From positions 1 to 54,500 of the forward strand of contig CAZQMY010000002.1 in NCBI GenBank assembly GCA_964594405.1: 54,500 nucleotides of DNA. The letters run 5' to 3'. The notes beneath the pieces are model-generated. The model was given only the letters and a program-made list of their open reading frames with translations, was not told where the DNA came from and did not search any database. Positions 17,217-25,912 of this stretch are shown here, piece after piece (positions within the stretch are counted from its first letter, which is position 1; each line of letters starts with the position of its first letter). The DNA comes from an uncultured Spirochaetaceae bacterium (lineage in GTDB: Bacteria; Myxococcota_A; UBA9160; UBA4427). The position numbers and the translations under genes are program-made.

Positions 17217-18575
17217 TCAGCGCGCCGCCGGCGTCTCCCTTCGCGCGCCTCGGCGCCGCGAGCCGCCCGAGCGGCGCGGCGCACTCTTGCGCGCCGAGCC
17301 GCGGCGGGCGGGGCGCGCGTCGCGTCCGCTCTCCCCGCGCTGGGCCTTCTGGCCCCGCGGCGCAGAGCGCCTGGAGGCGCCGTCATCGGCGTCGAAGCCT
17401 TCCACGCGACTGCGCGGGATCCTCGAGCCGATCATGCGCTCGGTGGCGCGCACCCAGGCCGCGTCGTCGCCGGTCACGAAGGTGAAGGCCTTGCCCTCGC
17501 GTTCGGAACGGCCCGTGCGACCGATGCGATGCGTGTAGGCCTCGGGCGTATTCGGCACGTCGTAGTTGATCACGTGGGAGACGCCGCTCACGTCGATGCC
17601 CCGGGCGGCGATGTCGGTGGCGACCATGATCTCGAACTGCCCGCTTCGGAAGCCCTTCATGGCGCGATCGCGCTGCCCCTGGCTCATGTTGCCCTGGAGT
17701 CCGACGGCCCGCCGACCCTCCTTCGAGAGCTGCTGAGCCAGCCGGCGCGCCCGGTGCTTGGTGCGCGTGAAGACGATCGCCGACCCGAAGCCATCCTCGG
17801 ACAACACCCGATCGAGCAGGTCCCGCTTGCGATGCTCGCTGACCGGGTAGAGCACGTGCTCGATGGTCCGGGCGGGCGCGGATGCAGCGAGCTCGACCAC
17901 GTGGGGATCGTCGAGGATCTCGTCGGCGAGCTTGCGGATCGGCTTCGGCATGGTGGCCGAGAAGAAGAGGTTCTGGCGATCGGCGGGAAGCGCCGCGAGG
18001 ATGCGGCGGATGTCCGGCAGGAAGCCCATGTCGAACATGTGGTCCGCTTCGACCAGGCCCAGCCTCTCGACCGCGTCGAGCTTCAGGACGCCCTGACCGA
18101 GCAGATCCAGGACCCGGCCGGGACATCCGACCACGATCTCGGGGCGCCTGCGGAGCGCCGAGATCTGGCTCCGAGCGGAGACGCCGCCGAAGACCGAGAC
18201 GGTCTTCAGCTTCGTGAACCGGGCGAGCAGGTCGATCTCCGCCTGGATCTGCGTGGCCAGCTCGCGTGTCGGTGCGAGGATCAGCGCGCGTGGGCCGGGC
18301 TCGTTGGCGTCGAGCAGGATGTCGAGGAGGGGAAGAGCGAACGCGCCGGTCTTGCCGGTGCCCGTCTGGGCCAGGCCCAGGATGTCGATGCCGTCGAGGG
18401 CCTGAGGAATGGCCTGGCGCTGGATCGGCCGGGGCTCGGCCCAGCCTGCGGCGACGATGCCGCGTTCGATCGCCCGGTGCAGCTCGAGCTCGGCGAAGCC
18501 GACGCCCAGCCCACCTTCGCGAGCCGGGGCCCGTCGTTGGTCATGGCGATCGTCTTGAATGGGTGCACTTGTCAT
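17217..18575 (-). CDS. DEAD-box RNA helicase (RhlE-like) with motif II read as VEAD
   Basis: Q motif, AQTGTGKT, PTRELA, GG, SAT, TDIAARGID, HRIGRTGR, basic C-terminal tail. Motif II reads LGLVEAD instead of LVLDEAD. Confidence 0.92.
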   Translation of the reverse strand: MTSAPIQDDRHDQRRAPAREGGLGVGFAELELHRAIERGIVAAGWAEPRPIQRQAIPQALDGIDILGLAQTGTGKTGAFALPLLDILLDANEPGPRALILAPTRELATQIQAEIDLLARFTKLKTVSVFGGVSARSQISALRRRPEIVVGCPGRVLDLLGQGVLKLDAVERLGLVEADHMFDMGFLPDIRRILAALPADRQNLFFSATMPKPIRKLADEILDDPHVVELAASAPARTIEHVLYPVSEHRKRDLLDRVLSEDGFGSAIVFTRTKHRARRLAQQLSKEGRRAVGLQGNMSQGQRDRAMKGFRSGQFEIMVATDIAARGIDVSGVSHVINYDVPNTPEAYTHRIGRTGRSEREGKAFTFVTGDDAAWVRATERMIGSRIPRSRVEGFDADDGASRRSAPRGQKAQRGESGRDARPARRGSARKSAPRRSGGSRRRGARRETPAAR

Positions 18576-18978
18576 TTCGTTGGGACTCCAGGGCTCCGGG
18601 CGCATCATACGCATCCGGGCCATTGGAAGCAGACGGACATCCCCGAGGCCCGACAGGCCTCTTGCCTACCTCTCGCATGTCGCATGTCGCATGCGAATGG
18701 GGGGCGCCTCTGCACTCCGACGCTGAACAACAGACGAGGCGTCGGCGGAGATTGCTGGGCGGCGCGACCGTGGGAGGGGATGGAGTCGGTCCTGCTGTTC
18801 GCCGCCGGCGGGACGTTTCCCGCGAATTGAGCCAGTGGATAGCGACCTCCGGCCCGCGGCGCCAGTCGTGCACGGAATTGCAGGCGATTCGTCACGGAGC
18901 AGGGCTCTCGCGAAGCTGAGCGCCTCGAGAGCGATCTTCGTCGCCATTCGGGCCGATTCGCTGTGATAGCTTAGGCGG

Positions 18979-19785
18979 ATGGAGCCCGGCCGGGATCGAC
19001 AGGGAGGAAGCGGCCTCCACCCCAGCATCACGGCGGCGATCGTCCTGATCGCCGCCGTTTCGGGGCTGGCGATCCTCGCTCTCCGCGCGCCCGTGACCAG
19101 CAGTCGGCCGCCTCCGGCACCCGCGGCGCCAAAGGTGACACCCGCCGCCGAAGCACCACCCGTGCCCGGGAGTGCCAGAGCCGCCCCCGAGCCGTCCGCT
19201 GCCCCCGACATGCGCGAGGAGACCTTCCTGGAACGCAGTCGCCGCACCTTCCCGAGCGAGGCCGCGCTGCGCCGGATGCCCGCCTTCGAGCGGCGCAAGC
19301 ACTTCGACGTGCGGGCCGCCCTTCGCGCGGGGCTCACCCCCGAAGAGGTGGAGGCCCTGCACGAGAAGTGGGAGACCGCCGAGATGGCCGCCGAGCTCAC
19401 GTTCGAGGACCGGTTCGGGAAGGGGCGACGCGCCAAGCCCGGCCCGCGCCTCTACGACCAGCTGCTTCGCGAGCACCTGAACGACGACGACTTCGACGTG
19501 GTGCTCTACTCGACGGGGCAGATGAACCGGGTCCGGATCGAGTCGGTGGAGGGCCGGCCCGACGCGTACGCGGATCAGCTCCAGCCCGGTGACGTGATCG
19601 AGAGCTACGACGGCGAGCGCATCTTCCATCTCAGCCAGCTGCAGAAGCTGATCCGCGCCGGCGAAGAAGGCACTGTCGTTCCCTACACGATCCGCCGCGG
19701 GAACGAGATCATTGCCCTCGAGGCGCCGGGCCGTCATCCCCTGGGCCCCAAGTCGCCCCGCGCCCTCGCCCCGCTGCCCCGGTGA
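18979..19785 (+). CDS. membrane-anchored protein with a C-terminal PDZ-like domain
   Basis: N-terminal TM, Pro/Ala linker, C-terminal VRIESV..LQPGDVIESYDGERI..YTIRRGNE. Confidence 0.7.
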   Translation: MEPGRDRQGGSGLHPSITAAIVLIAAVSGLAILALRAPVTSSRPPPAPAAPKVTPAAEAPPVPGSARAAPEPSAAPDMREETFLERSRRTFPSEAALRRMPAFERRKHFDVRAALRAGLTPEEVEALHEKWETAEMAAELTFEDRFGKGRRAKPGPRLYDQLLREHLNDDDFDVVLYSTGQMNRVRIESVEGRPDAYADQLQPGDVIESYDGERIFHLSQLQKLIRAGEEGTVVPYTIRRGNEIIALEAPGRHPLGPKSPRALAPLPR

Positions 19786-21317
19786 GCCGAGACGCGATGC
19801 AAGGTGCGGCCGCGGCCCTCTGCGCGATCGTCCTGCTGGCGGCGCATCGCGCGCTCTGGCTCACCGGCGCCGGGCTCCCGGCGCCCGGGGCCGCCGAGCG
19901 ATTCTTCCATGCGCCGGAGCAGACGTCGCCCCTCCTCGTGATCGCCCTCTGTGGCTGGCTCGTCTGGAATCGGCGCCAATGGCTGCGAGGAGCCGACATG
20001 GCGCCCGCGACCGGGCTCGCCCTCGCCTTCTTCGTCCCCGCCCTCGCCCTCCATGCCTGGGTGGAGATCTCCGGCGCATGGGCCCTGCTCCTCGTCGCGC
20101 TGGCGCTGGAGCTCCTGGCCTTCGCTGCGCTGGTCGGGGGTCGTCGGGCGGTGCGGGCGCTGCGATTGCCCGCGCTGGTGCTGCTGCTCGGCATCCCGAT
20201 CCCCGGTCCGCTCCACAACGAGGTCGTGTGGCAGCTGCAGAAGTGGACCTGCGCGGGCGCCGGCGGGGTGCTCTCGCTCGCGGGCTTCGAGGTCAGGAGC
20301 GCCGACGCGCTGCTGCGCATCGGCGATCGCGCCTTCGTGGTCGTCGAGGCGTGCAGCGGACTGCGGGGGATCGAGCTGCTCCTGCTCTGCGGCCTCGCGG
20401 TCCGCGAGCTCTTCGCGCATGGGGGCCGGCGGATGTGGTGGGTGGTCGGCGCCGCGCCACCGCTGGCGCTCCTCATGAACGTGCTGCGCGTCGCATCGAT
20501 CCCGCTGGGCGAGGACAGAGGCACGCGGGTGGCGATCGCGGAGGGCCACTTCACCCAGGGCATCGTGGTCACGGTCGTCGGCACGTTCGTCCTCTACGGC
20601 CTGGGGCTCTGGCTCTCGCGTCATACGGACGCATCGGCGCACCCACAGGAAGCCGCGCGAGCACCTCTGCGGCGGCCGTCGATCGGCGCGCTGCTCTCCG
20701 CCTCGGGCCTGCTCCTCGCGGTGGTCTTGGTCGGCGCCGTCGGTGCGGCGCAGCGCAGGGAGCCGGATGCCGGGGCGCGGCCCGCCAGCACCATCCCGAT
20801 GCGCCAGGCCGCTTGGCATGGCGAGGAGGCGCGTCCCGACCGCCTCCTGATCGGAGAGCTCGCCCTCGATCCGATCGTCGCCCGCCGCTACGAAGAGCGC
20901 AGGGGTCGCGGGCCGAGGCGGATCGTCGACGTCTTCGTCGGCCACGAGGATCCCGCGGCCCTCGGGCGCCACCCCTTCTCCTCCAAGCTCGTCCTGCCCG
21001 GCGCCGAGTGGTCCATCGAGCGCATCGGCCGCGAGCGCGTCTGGGCGCTGGGCGCCGAGGTGGTGGCGGCGCGCGTGCGCAGCGGGTCGGCGAGGGCGCT
21101 CGTCTACCAATGGAACTCGGCGGGCGATCCCTTCTGGCGCGAGACGCTGCTCGCGATCGTGGGCCTCGATGTGGGCTCGGGCGGCGGCGAGCCGCGCCGA
21201 GCGGTCGTGCGGCTCACGGCGCCGATCGAGAGGGCGGGGCCCCTGGCGGAGGACCGTGCCAAGCAGGCTCTCGACGCCTTCGCGGGCGACTTCCGCGACC
21301 GGCTGCCCCCGCCTTGA
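19782..21317 (+). CDS. exosortase (EpsH family) with a C-terminal EpsI-like periplasmic domain
   Basis: Multi-TM protein with catalytic Cys in VVEACSGLRG, Arg in NVLRV and His in EGHF. GTGA overlap with the upstream gene. Confidence 0.85.
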   Translation: MSRDAMQGAAAALCAIVLLAAHRALWLTGAGLPAPGAAERFFHAPEQTSPLLVIALCGWLVWNRRQWLRGADMAPATGLALAFFVPALALHAWVEISGAWALLLVALALELLAFAALVGGRRAVRALRLPALVLLLGIPIPGPLHNEVVWQLQKWTCAGAGGVLSLAGFEVRSADALLRIGDRAFVVVEACSGLRGIELLLLCGLAVRELFAHGGRRMWWVVGAAPPLALLMNVLRVASIPLGEDRGTRVAIAEGHFTQGIVVTVVGTFVLYGLGLWLSRHTDASAHPQEAARAPLRRPSIGALLSASGLLLAVVLVGAVGAAQRREPDAGARPASTIPMRQAAWHGEEARPDRLLIGELALDPIVARRYEERRGRGPRRIVDVFVGHEDPAALGRHPFSSKLVLPGAEWSIERIGRERVWALGAEVVAARVRSGSARALVYQWNSAGDPFWRETLLAIVGLDVGSGGGEPRRAVVRLTAPIERAGPLAEDRAKQALDAFAGDFRDRLPPP

Positions 21318-21368
21318 GCCATCGACATCGCCCTTCACTTCGCCCCGGGGCGATCGTAGAATGGGCGG

Positions 21369-22652
21369 ATGTCCACCAAGACCCGTCCTTCGTTCCCGCA
21401 CCGCCGCTCGTTGACGAGCGCTCTCGAAACCCTGCCGCGCGTGATGCTCTGCTTCGCGCTGGCGCTCGCGGGATGTGGCTCACCTGAAATCGAGTCCGCT
21501 CCAGCCGGCGCGGGATCGGCGCCGGTCGCCCGGGCCGCCGCAGGTGAGCCCGCCGATCTGATCGCGATCCTCGGCAATCCCAACGGCCTCGAGCGCACCC
21601 GTGACCTCTCGATCGCTCTCATGCGGGGCGGCCCCGAGATCGTCACCGAGATCCGCTACGCGCTCCAGAGCACCCGCATCGATCGGGGCCCCGTGCAGGA
21701 CGAGCTCCTCGTGCGCCGATGGGCCGACTTCGATCCCGCCACCGCCTACCAGTGGGCGCTCCAGAAGGCGCCGCGTGGCTATCGCGACTCCGTCGTGATG
21801 GCGGCCATCGAGCGCTGGGCCGAGATGGACCCGCAGGCCGCCGCCGCGGAGTTCTCCCAGCTGAGCCAGGGCCCCACCTACGAGGCCGCGATCCGTACGC
21901 TGGTGGCAGGCTGGTATCGATCGAAGGAGCCCGGCCTGCTCGATTACATCTATGACATCGGCTACGGGTTCGATCGCCAACGCGCGGTCAGCGCGTATCT
22001 ACGCGCGATGGTGCAGCAGGATGGGCCCGAGGCGGCTATGCGATTCGCGCGCGAGCTGTCCGAGGAGGACGAGCGCTTCAAGCGGACGGTAATCCGACAG
22101 GCAGCCTCGGAGCTCACGATGGAGGATCCGCAGCTGGGTGTGGCCTGGGAGGACGAGTTCGGGGACGGCAAGTACGGCGACTCCATCCTCGGCCTCGTGG
22201 TCTCCCGCTGGGTCCTCCAGGACGGCCCGTCCGCGCTCGCCTGGCTCTCGAAGGCCGAGCCCGGCAAGCGGCGCGAGCTGGCGCTGAGGGACGGGTTCCG
22301 CATCTGGGTGCAGCGCGATCGCGCGGGGGCCCTCGCCTGGGCCGCAGAGATGGGCGTCGAGGGCGTCGAGCCCTGGTTCCGCCCGGCGGTGGGGATGGTC
22401 GCCATGGCGCGCGCCGTCCTCGACCCGCCCGAGGCGATGCGCTGGGCCGAGCTGATCGAGGATCCGACCAAGCGGCGCGGCGCCCAGGTCACCATCGCCC
22501 GGCGCTGGCGCAGCAAGGATCCCGAGGCGGCGGAGCGCTGGGTGGCCAGCTCGAGCCTCCCGCCCGAGCTTCGCGAGAAGACCCTGAAGCCGCTGCCGGT
22601 CAAGAGGTCGAGTCGCCCCTACTTCCAGAAGCTCCCGCCCGCGGAGGGCTGA
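21369..22652 (+). CDS. hypothetical helical-repeat lipoprotein
   Basis: Lipobox LAGC and repeated W-x3-DP-x-AA-x2-W helical units. TAGAAT lies 6 nt before the ATG. Confidence 0.7.
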   Translation: MSTKTRPSFPHRRSLTSALETLPRVMLCFALALAGCGSPEIESAPAGAGSAPVARAAAGEPADLIAILGNPNGLERTRDLSIALMRGGPEIVTEIRYALQSTRIDRGPVQDELLVRRWADFDPATAYQWALQKAPRGYRDSVVMAAIERWAEMDPQAAAAEFSQLSQGPTYEAAIRTLVAGWYRSKEPGLLDYIYDIGYGFDRQRAVSAYLRAMVQQDGPEAAMRFARELSEEDERFKRTVIRQAASELTMEDPQLGVAWEDEFGDGKYGDSILGLVVSRWVLQDGPSALAWLSKAEPGKRRELALRDGFRIWVQRDRAGALAWAAEMGVEGVEPWFRPAVGMVAMARAVLDPPEAMRWAELIEDPTKRRGAQVTIARRWRSKDPEAAERWVASSSLPPELREKTLKPLPVKRSSRPYFQKLPPAEG

Positions 22653-24777
22653 CGCGCCGGGCGGATCTGGCCTGCGGGGGTACGAAGCCGCCGAAGACCG
22701 CGTCGAGGTCGGCGAGCCTGAAGAGCGGCAGGCTCGCGTCGCGGCTGCGGATCGCCTCGTCGTCCGCCCCCTCGGTGGCCAGCGCCCGATCCGCCACGAG
22801 CGCGCTCAAGCGGTCTCCCGCGCTGCGCGCGGCGTCGAGACGACGTGCCACCTCGCGGCTCTCGGCGTACTCACCGAGGCGCATCAACGCCCAGCACAGG
22901 CGCCGGAGGGTGAGCGGTGAGGGGTCCGAGCGCCGCGCGAGGCGGCGATCGATCCGGACCACCCGCTCGTAGTCGCCCAGCAGGACGAAGAGCGTCGCCA
23001 GCTGCTCGGCGGCGAACGCGCGGCTCGGCGGATCACCCGCCACCGAGTCGCGCTGCCACTTCGCATACCAAGGTGGGATCATGCCATGCGCCGTGGCCCA
23101 GCGCGGCGCCTCCTCGATCACCGCGCGGACGTCGAAGCCTCGCTCGGGATCGAAGGGCACGCCCTCTTCGGCGTAGTGCTCTGCGAGGCGCGCCAGGTTC
23201 TGGCGATTTCGCGCGTGATCCCGAAGATAGAGGGCGCTCTGCATGTTGCGGAAGACGGGGATCCAGCCGGGAGCGCCCTGCAGGTGGTCGGCGGTGTACT
23301 CGATGGGCCGGTTGGCGCGCGAGACCCGAGGCACACCGGTGCCGATGAAGACGTCGACCCCATGGCGATCCAGCGTGTCGAGATAGCGCTCTCCGGGCGC
23401 GCCACCGCGCCGCTCGAGGAGGGCCCGGCTGTCACGCAGCGACTCGGGCGGGAGGTTGAGCGAGCCGTTCACGAAGGCCGGGAGCTGCGGACTGAGCCAA
23501 TAGCCGGCGAAGTTGCCCATGAAGTAGTTGTTGAAGAGGCGACCCTCGAGCCCGGCATCCGCCAGCAGCCAGATCGCGTGGGCGTGGTACTTCGAAGCCG
23601 AGTAGGGCTGGGCGTAGGTCGCACGGGCGACGTTGCGTGAGACCATCGGCCAATCGCCATGGCGGCCGCTGGCCACGAGCAGCGCGAGCATCCCCAGCGG
23701 AAGCGCGAGCGCGGCCAGGGGCTGGCGATCCGAGCGCCCGGACAACCACTGCCCCAGCAGTGCCAGCGGAATCAAGCCCAGCCACAGGAAGCGCACCGCC
23801 GAGATCAGGGCGATCAGCGCCAGCACGGCCATGCCGGCCAGGGCGGGATCGATCGTTGCCTCGCCGTCCGGCGCCGCTCGTCGACGTCGCAGCTCGGTGA
23901 GGATGCACACCGGCACGCTGATCGTGAGCATCCAGGCGAGCGCCCAGTTGACGGGGCTCGGCGGGAGGTTGGCGAGTGGCCAGGCGAAGAGGCGAGTGCT
24001 CGCCCACTCGTCCCCGACCAGCTCGAGGGCGGGCGTCGCCTGACCGGCGACGAAGTAGTGGGCGAGCGCAGCAGGACCGATCGGATTGAGGAGGCTCGCG
24101 AGCAGCGTTGCGCCGCAGGCGAGCAGCAGCGCGAGTCCGCGCCTGCGCTCGGCACCATCGGGATCGGGCACCGCCGCCGAAGCGACCAGCGACCCCGCCG
24201 CCGCTGCACCCAGCAGCGCGGGCCCCAGCACGAACGCCGCGTGGAGATTGGCCCAGAGCGCGACGAGCAGGCAGAGCAGCGCGATCGGGCCGGGACCGGG
24301 CCCCCGTCGCCGATCCATGATCACGAGCCAGACCACGGCGAAGGCGAGCAGCATGCTGAAGAGATGCGGCCGGAGCTGCACCACCCGATAGGCGGAGAGG
24401 CAGGCCCACACGAGGACCGCAGCGCTGGCCACGGGCCGCGATCCCCCAGCGCGGCGCACCACGGCCCAGCCCATCGCGAGCACGCCCACCACGAGCCCGA
24501 CGTGGAGCGTACGCAGGCCGGTGAAGCCCGAGGCCTCGAGCCCCGCGTGCAGCCAGACGTCGCTCAGCCACGCCGAGGGCGCGATCGGGCCCTGCGACGT
24601 ATGGAGCAGCGCGTCGGCGTCGAGCCAGGGCCCGGCCTGCGCGTAGCGGCGCCCCATGGCGAGATGCCACCAGACGTCGTCGGTGAAGATCGGTTGGCCA
24701 ACGGCGATCAGGAGGAGCAGGACGCCGGCGATCGCGAGACCGTGTGCCGCAAGGGCGGAGGCTACTTGCCGATCCAC
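22600..24777 (-). CDS. polytopic membrane protein, GT-C glycosyltransferase-like
   Basis: DDVWWHLAMGR acidic motif after TM1, RPHLFS, LWANLHAAF, LNP, about 11 TMs, and a soluble C-terminal region with a TPR-like end. Confidence 0.65.
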   Translation of the reverse strand: MDRQVASALAAHGLAIAGVLLLLIAVGQPIFTDDVWWHLAMGRRYAQAGPWLDADALLHTSQGPIAPSAWLSDVWLHAGLEASGFTGLRTLHVGLVVGVLAMGWAVVRRAGGSRPVASAAVLVWACLSAYRVVQLRPHLFSMLLAFAVVWLVIMDRRRGPGPGPIALLCLLVALWANLHAAFVLGPALLGAAAAGSLVASAAVPDPDGAERRRGLALLLACGATLLASLLNPIGPAALAHYFVAGQATPALELVGDEWASTRLFAWPLANLPPSPVNWALAWMLTISVPVCILTELRRRRAAPDGEATIDPALAGMAVLALIALISAVRFLWLGLIPLALLGQWLSGRSDRQPLAALALPLGMLALLVASGRHGDWPMVSRNVARATYAQPYSASKYHAHAIWLLADAGLEGRLFNNYFMGNFAGYWLSPQLPAFVNGSLNLPPESLRDSRALLERRGGAPGERYLDTLDRHGVDVFIGTGVPRVSRANRPIEYTADHLQGAPGWIPVFRNMQSALYLRDHARNRQNLARLAEHYAEEGVPFDPERGFDVRAVIEEAPRWATAHGMIPPWYAKWQRDSVAGDPPSRAFAAEQLATLFVLLGDYERVVRIDRRLARRSDPSPLTLRRLCWALMRLGEYAESREVARRLDAARSAGDRLSALVADRALATEGADDEAIRSRDASLPLFRLADLDAVFGGFVPPQARSARRVSPPRAGASGSRGDSTS

Positions 24778-25727
24778 GCGACGCGTATGCCGACCCCGAG
24801 CCGGAAGGCCCACTCGTCGATCCCGATCTCCCAGAGCGAGGTCTCGGTGCCCTGCCCATCGCTCTGCTGATCGCTCATCCCGATGGTGCGATCCCCGAGC
24901 ACGTAGTAGGCGCCGGCGCCCAGGAAGAGCGTCGGCTTGAACTGGCCCTTGGTCCCGAGGTCCACACCGACCTCGAGATGGGGACCGATGGCGTCATAGG
25001 GCCGACTCTCGGAGTCCATCAGCTCGAAGGTGCGCACGGTGGGATCGAAGAAGTCCGGCTTGATCGCGTTCAGACGCGCTCCCTCGACGTTCATCACGAA
25101 GTGGTGCCAGCCGAAGGAGGGCCGGAAGACGATGCTTCGATCGCCGATCTCGCGTGTGATGGAGACCCCGAAGTTCGCCTCCCAGGCGAGCGGATCGATC
25201 TGCGCAGTCGCCCGCATGCCCGTGCCGAGAATCGCCGCCTCCGGGTAGGGATCCCCGTTCTCCGCCTGCCGCGGGAACTCGATGCCCGTGGGATCACCGA
25301 ACTTCGCCAGGTCGCGGCTGAAGGCGATGGTCGGCGCGATCCCAGCCGATGCGAACACGCGGACGCCACGCAGGACCTCCGGCGTCTCCAGGCCGATACT
25401 GATCGGAATCTGCGGCGAGAGCGCCGTCTCACTCCCGCTGATGTCCACCTCGGGCGCGTCCGGGGGCGTCAGGAAGGACCGACCCGTCGCGCTCTGCCCA
25501 CCGATCAAGAGGCCGATCTGGACAGCGACGGAGGGTAGCCAGCGATCTTCGATCGGGCTCGAGGAGTCGTCCGACGCCGAATCGGCCTGTGTCGGAGAGA
25601 GATCGCTCCCTTCGTCCGCGAGAGCAGCTTGGGCGCCCAGCAGCGCCAGGAGGACCACGAGAGCGAGGAAAGGGGCTCCTTTCCCGGCAAGCGGGCGCAG
25701 AGATTCATTGACCGGGGCGGGCGCCAT
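24762..25727 (-). CDS. secreted outer-membrane beta-barrel-like protein
   Basis: Signal peptide (LALVVLLALLGAQAALA) and alternating amphipathic strands ending FRLGVGIRVAW. Confidence 0.6.
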   Translation of the reverse strand: MAPAPVNESLRPLAGKGAPFLALVVLLALLGAQAALADEGSDLSPTQADSASDDSSSPIEDRWLPSVAVQIGLLIGGQSATGRSFLTPPDAPEVDISGSETALSPQIPISIGLETPEVLRGVRVFASAGIAPTIAFSRDLAKFGDPTGIEFPRQAENGDPYPEAAILGTGMRATAQIDPLAWEANFGVSITREIGDRSIVFRPSFGWHHFVMNVEGARLNAIKPDFFDPTVRTFELMDSESRPYDAIGPHLEVGVDLGTKGQFKPTLFLGAGAYYVLGDRTIGMSDQQSDGQGTETSLWEIGIDEWAFRLGVGIRVAWIGK

Positions 25728-25912
25728 GTGATTAATATTGCACCTGCGGTGAACCCGCGCACCCCCCTTTGGATTTCCTGTCGCCGCGATTCTCATCGGC
25801 ACGTGGCTCGGCCATCATCGACGATGAACGGAGACACCGACGCATGGCACGAATGAATGCGGTGGGTGGATGACATCGAGATGGTCGGTAACTTGATTTC
25901 CGACGCGTACGC

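Noticed and set aside
25845-25860. sigma54-like TGGCAC...TGC upstream of the TonB-dependent receptor
   Set aside because: GG-to-GC spacing is 11 nt rather than the required 10.
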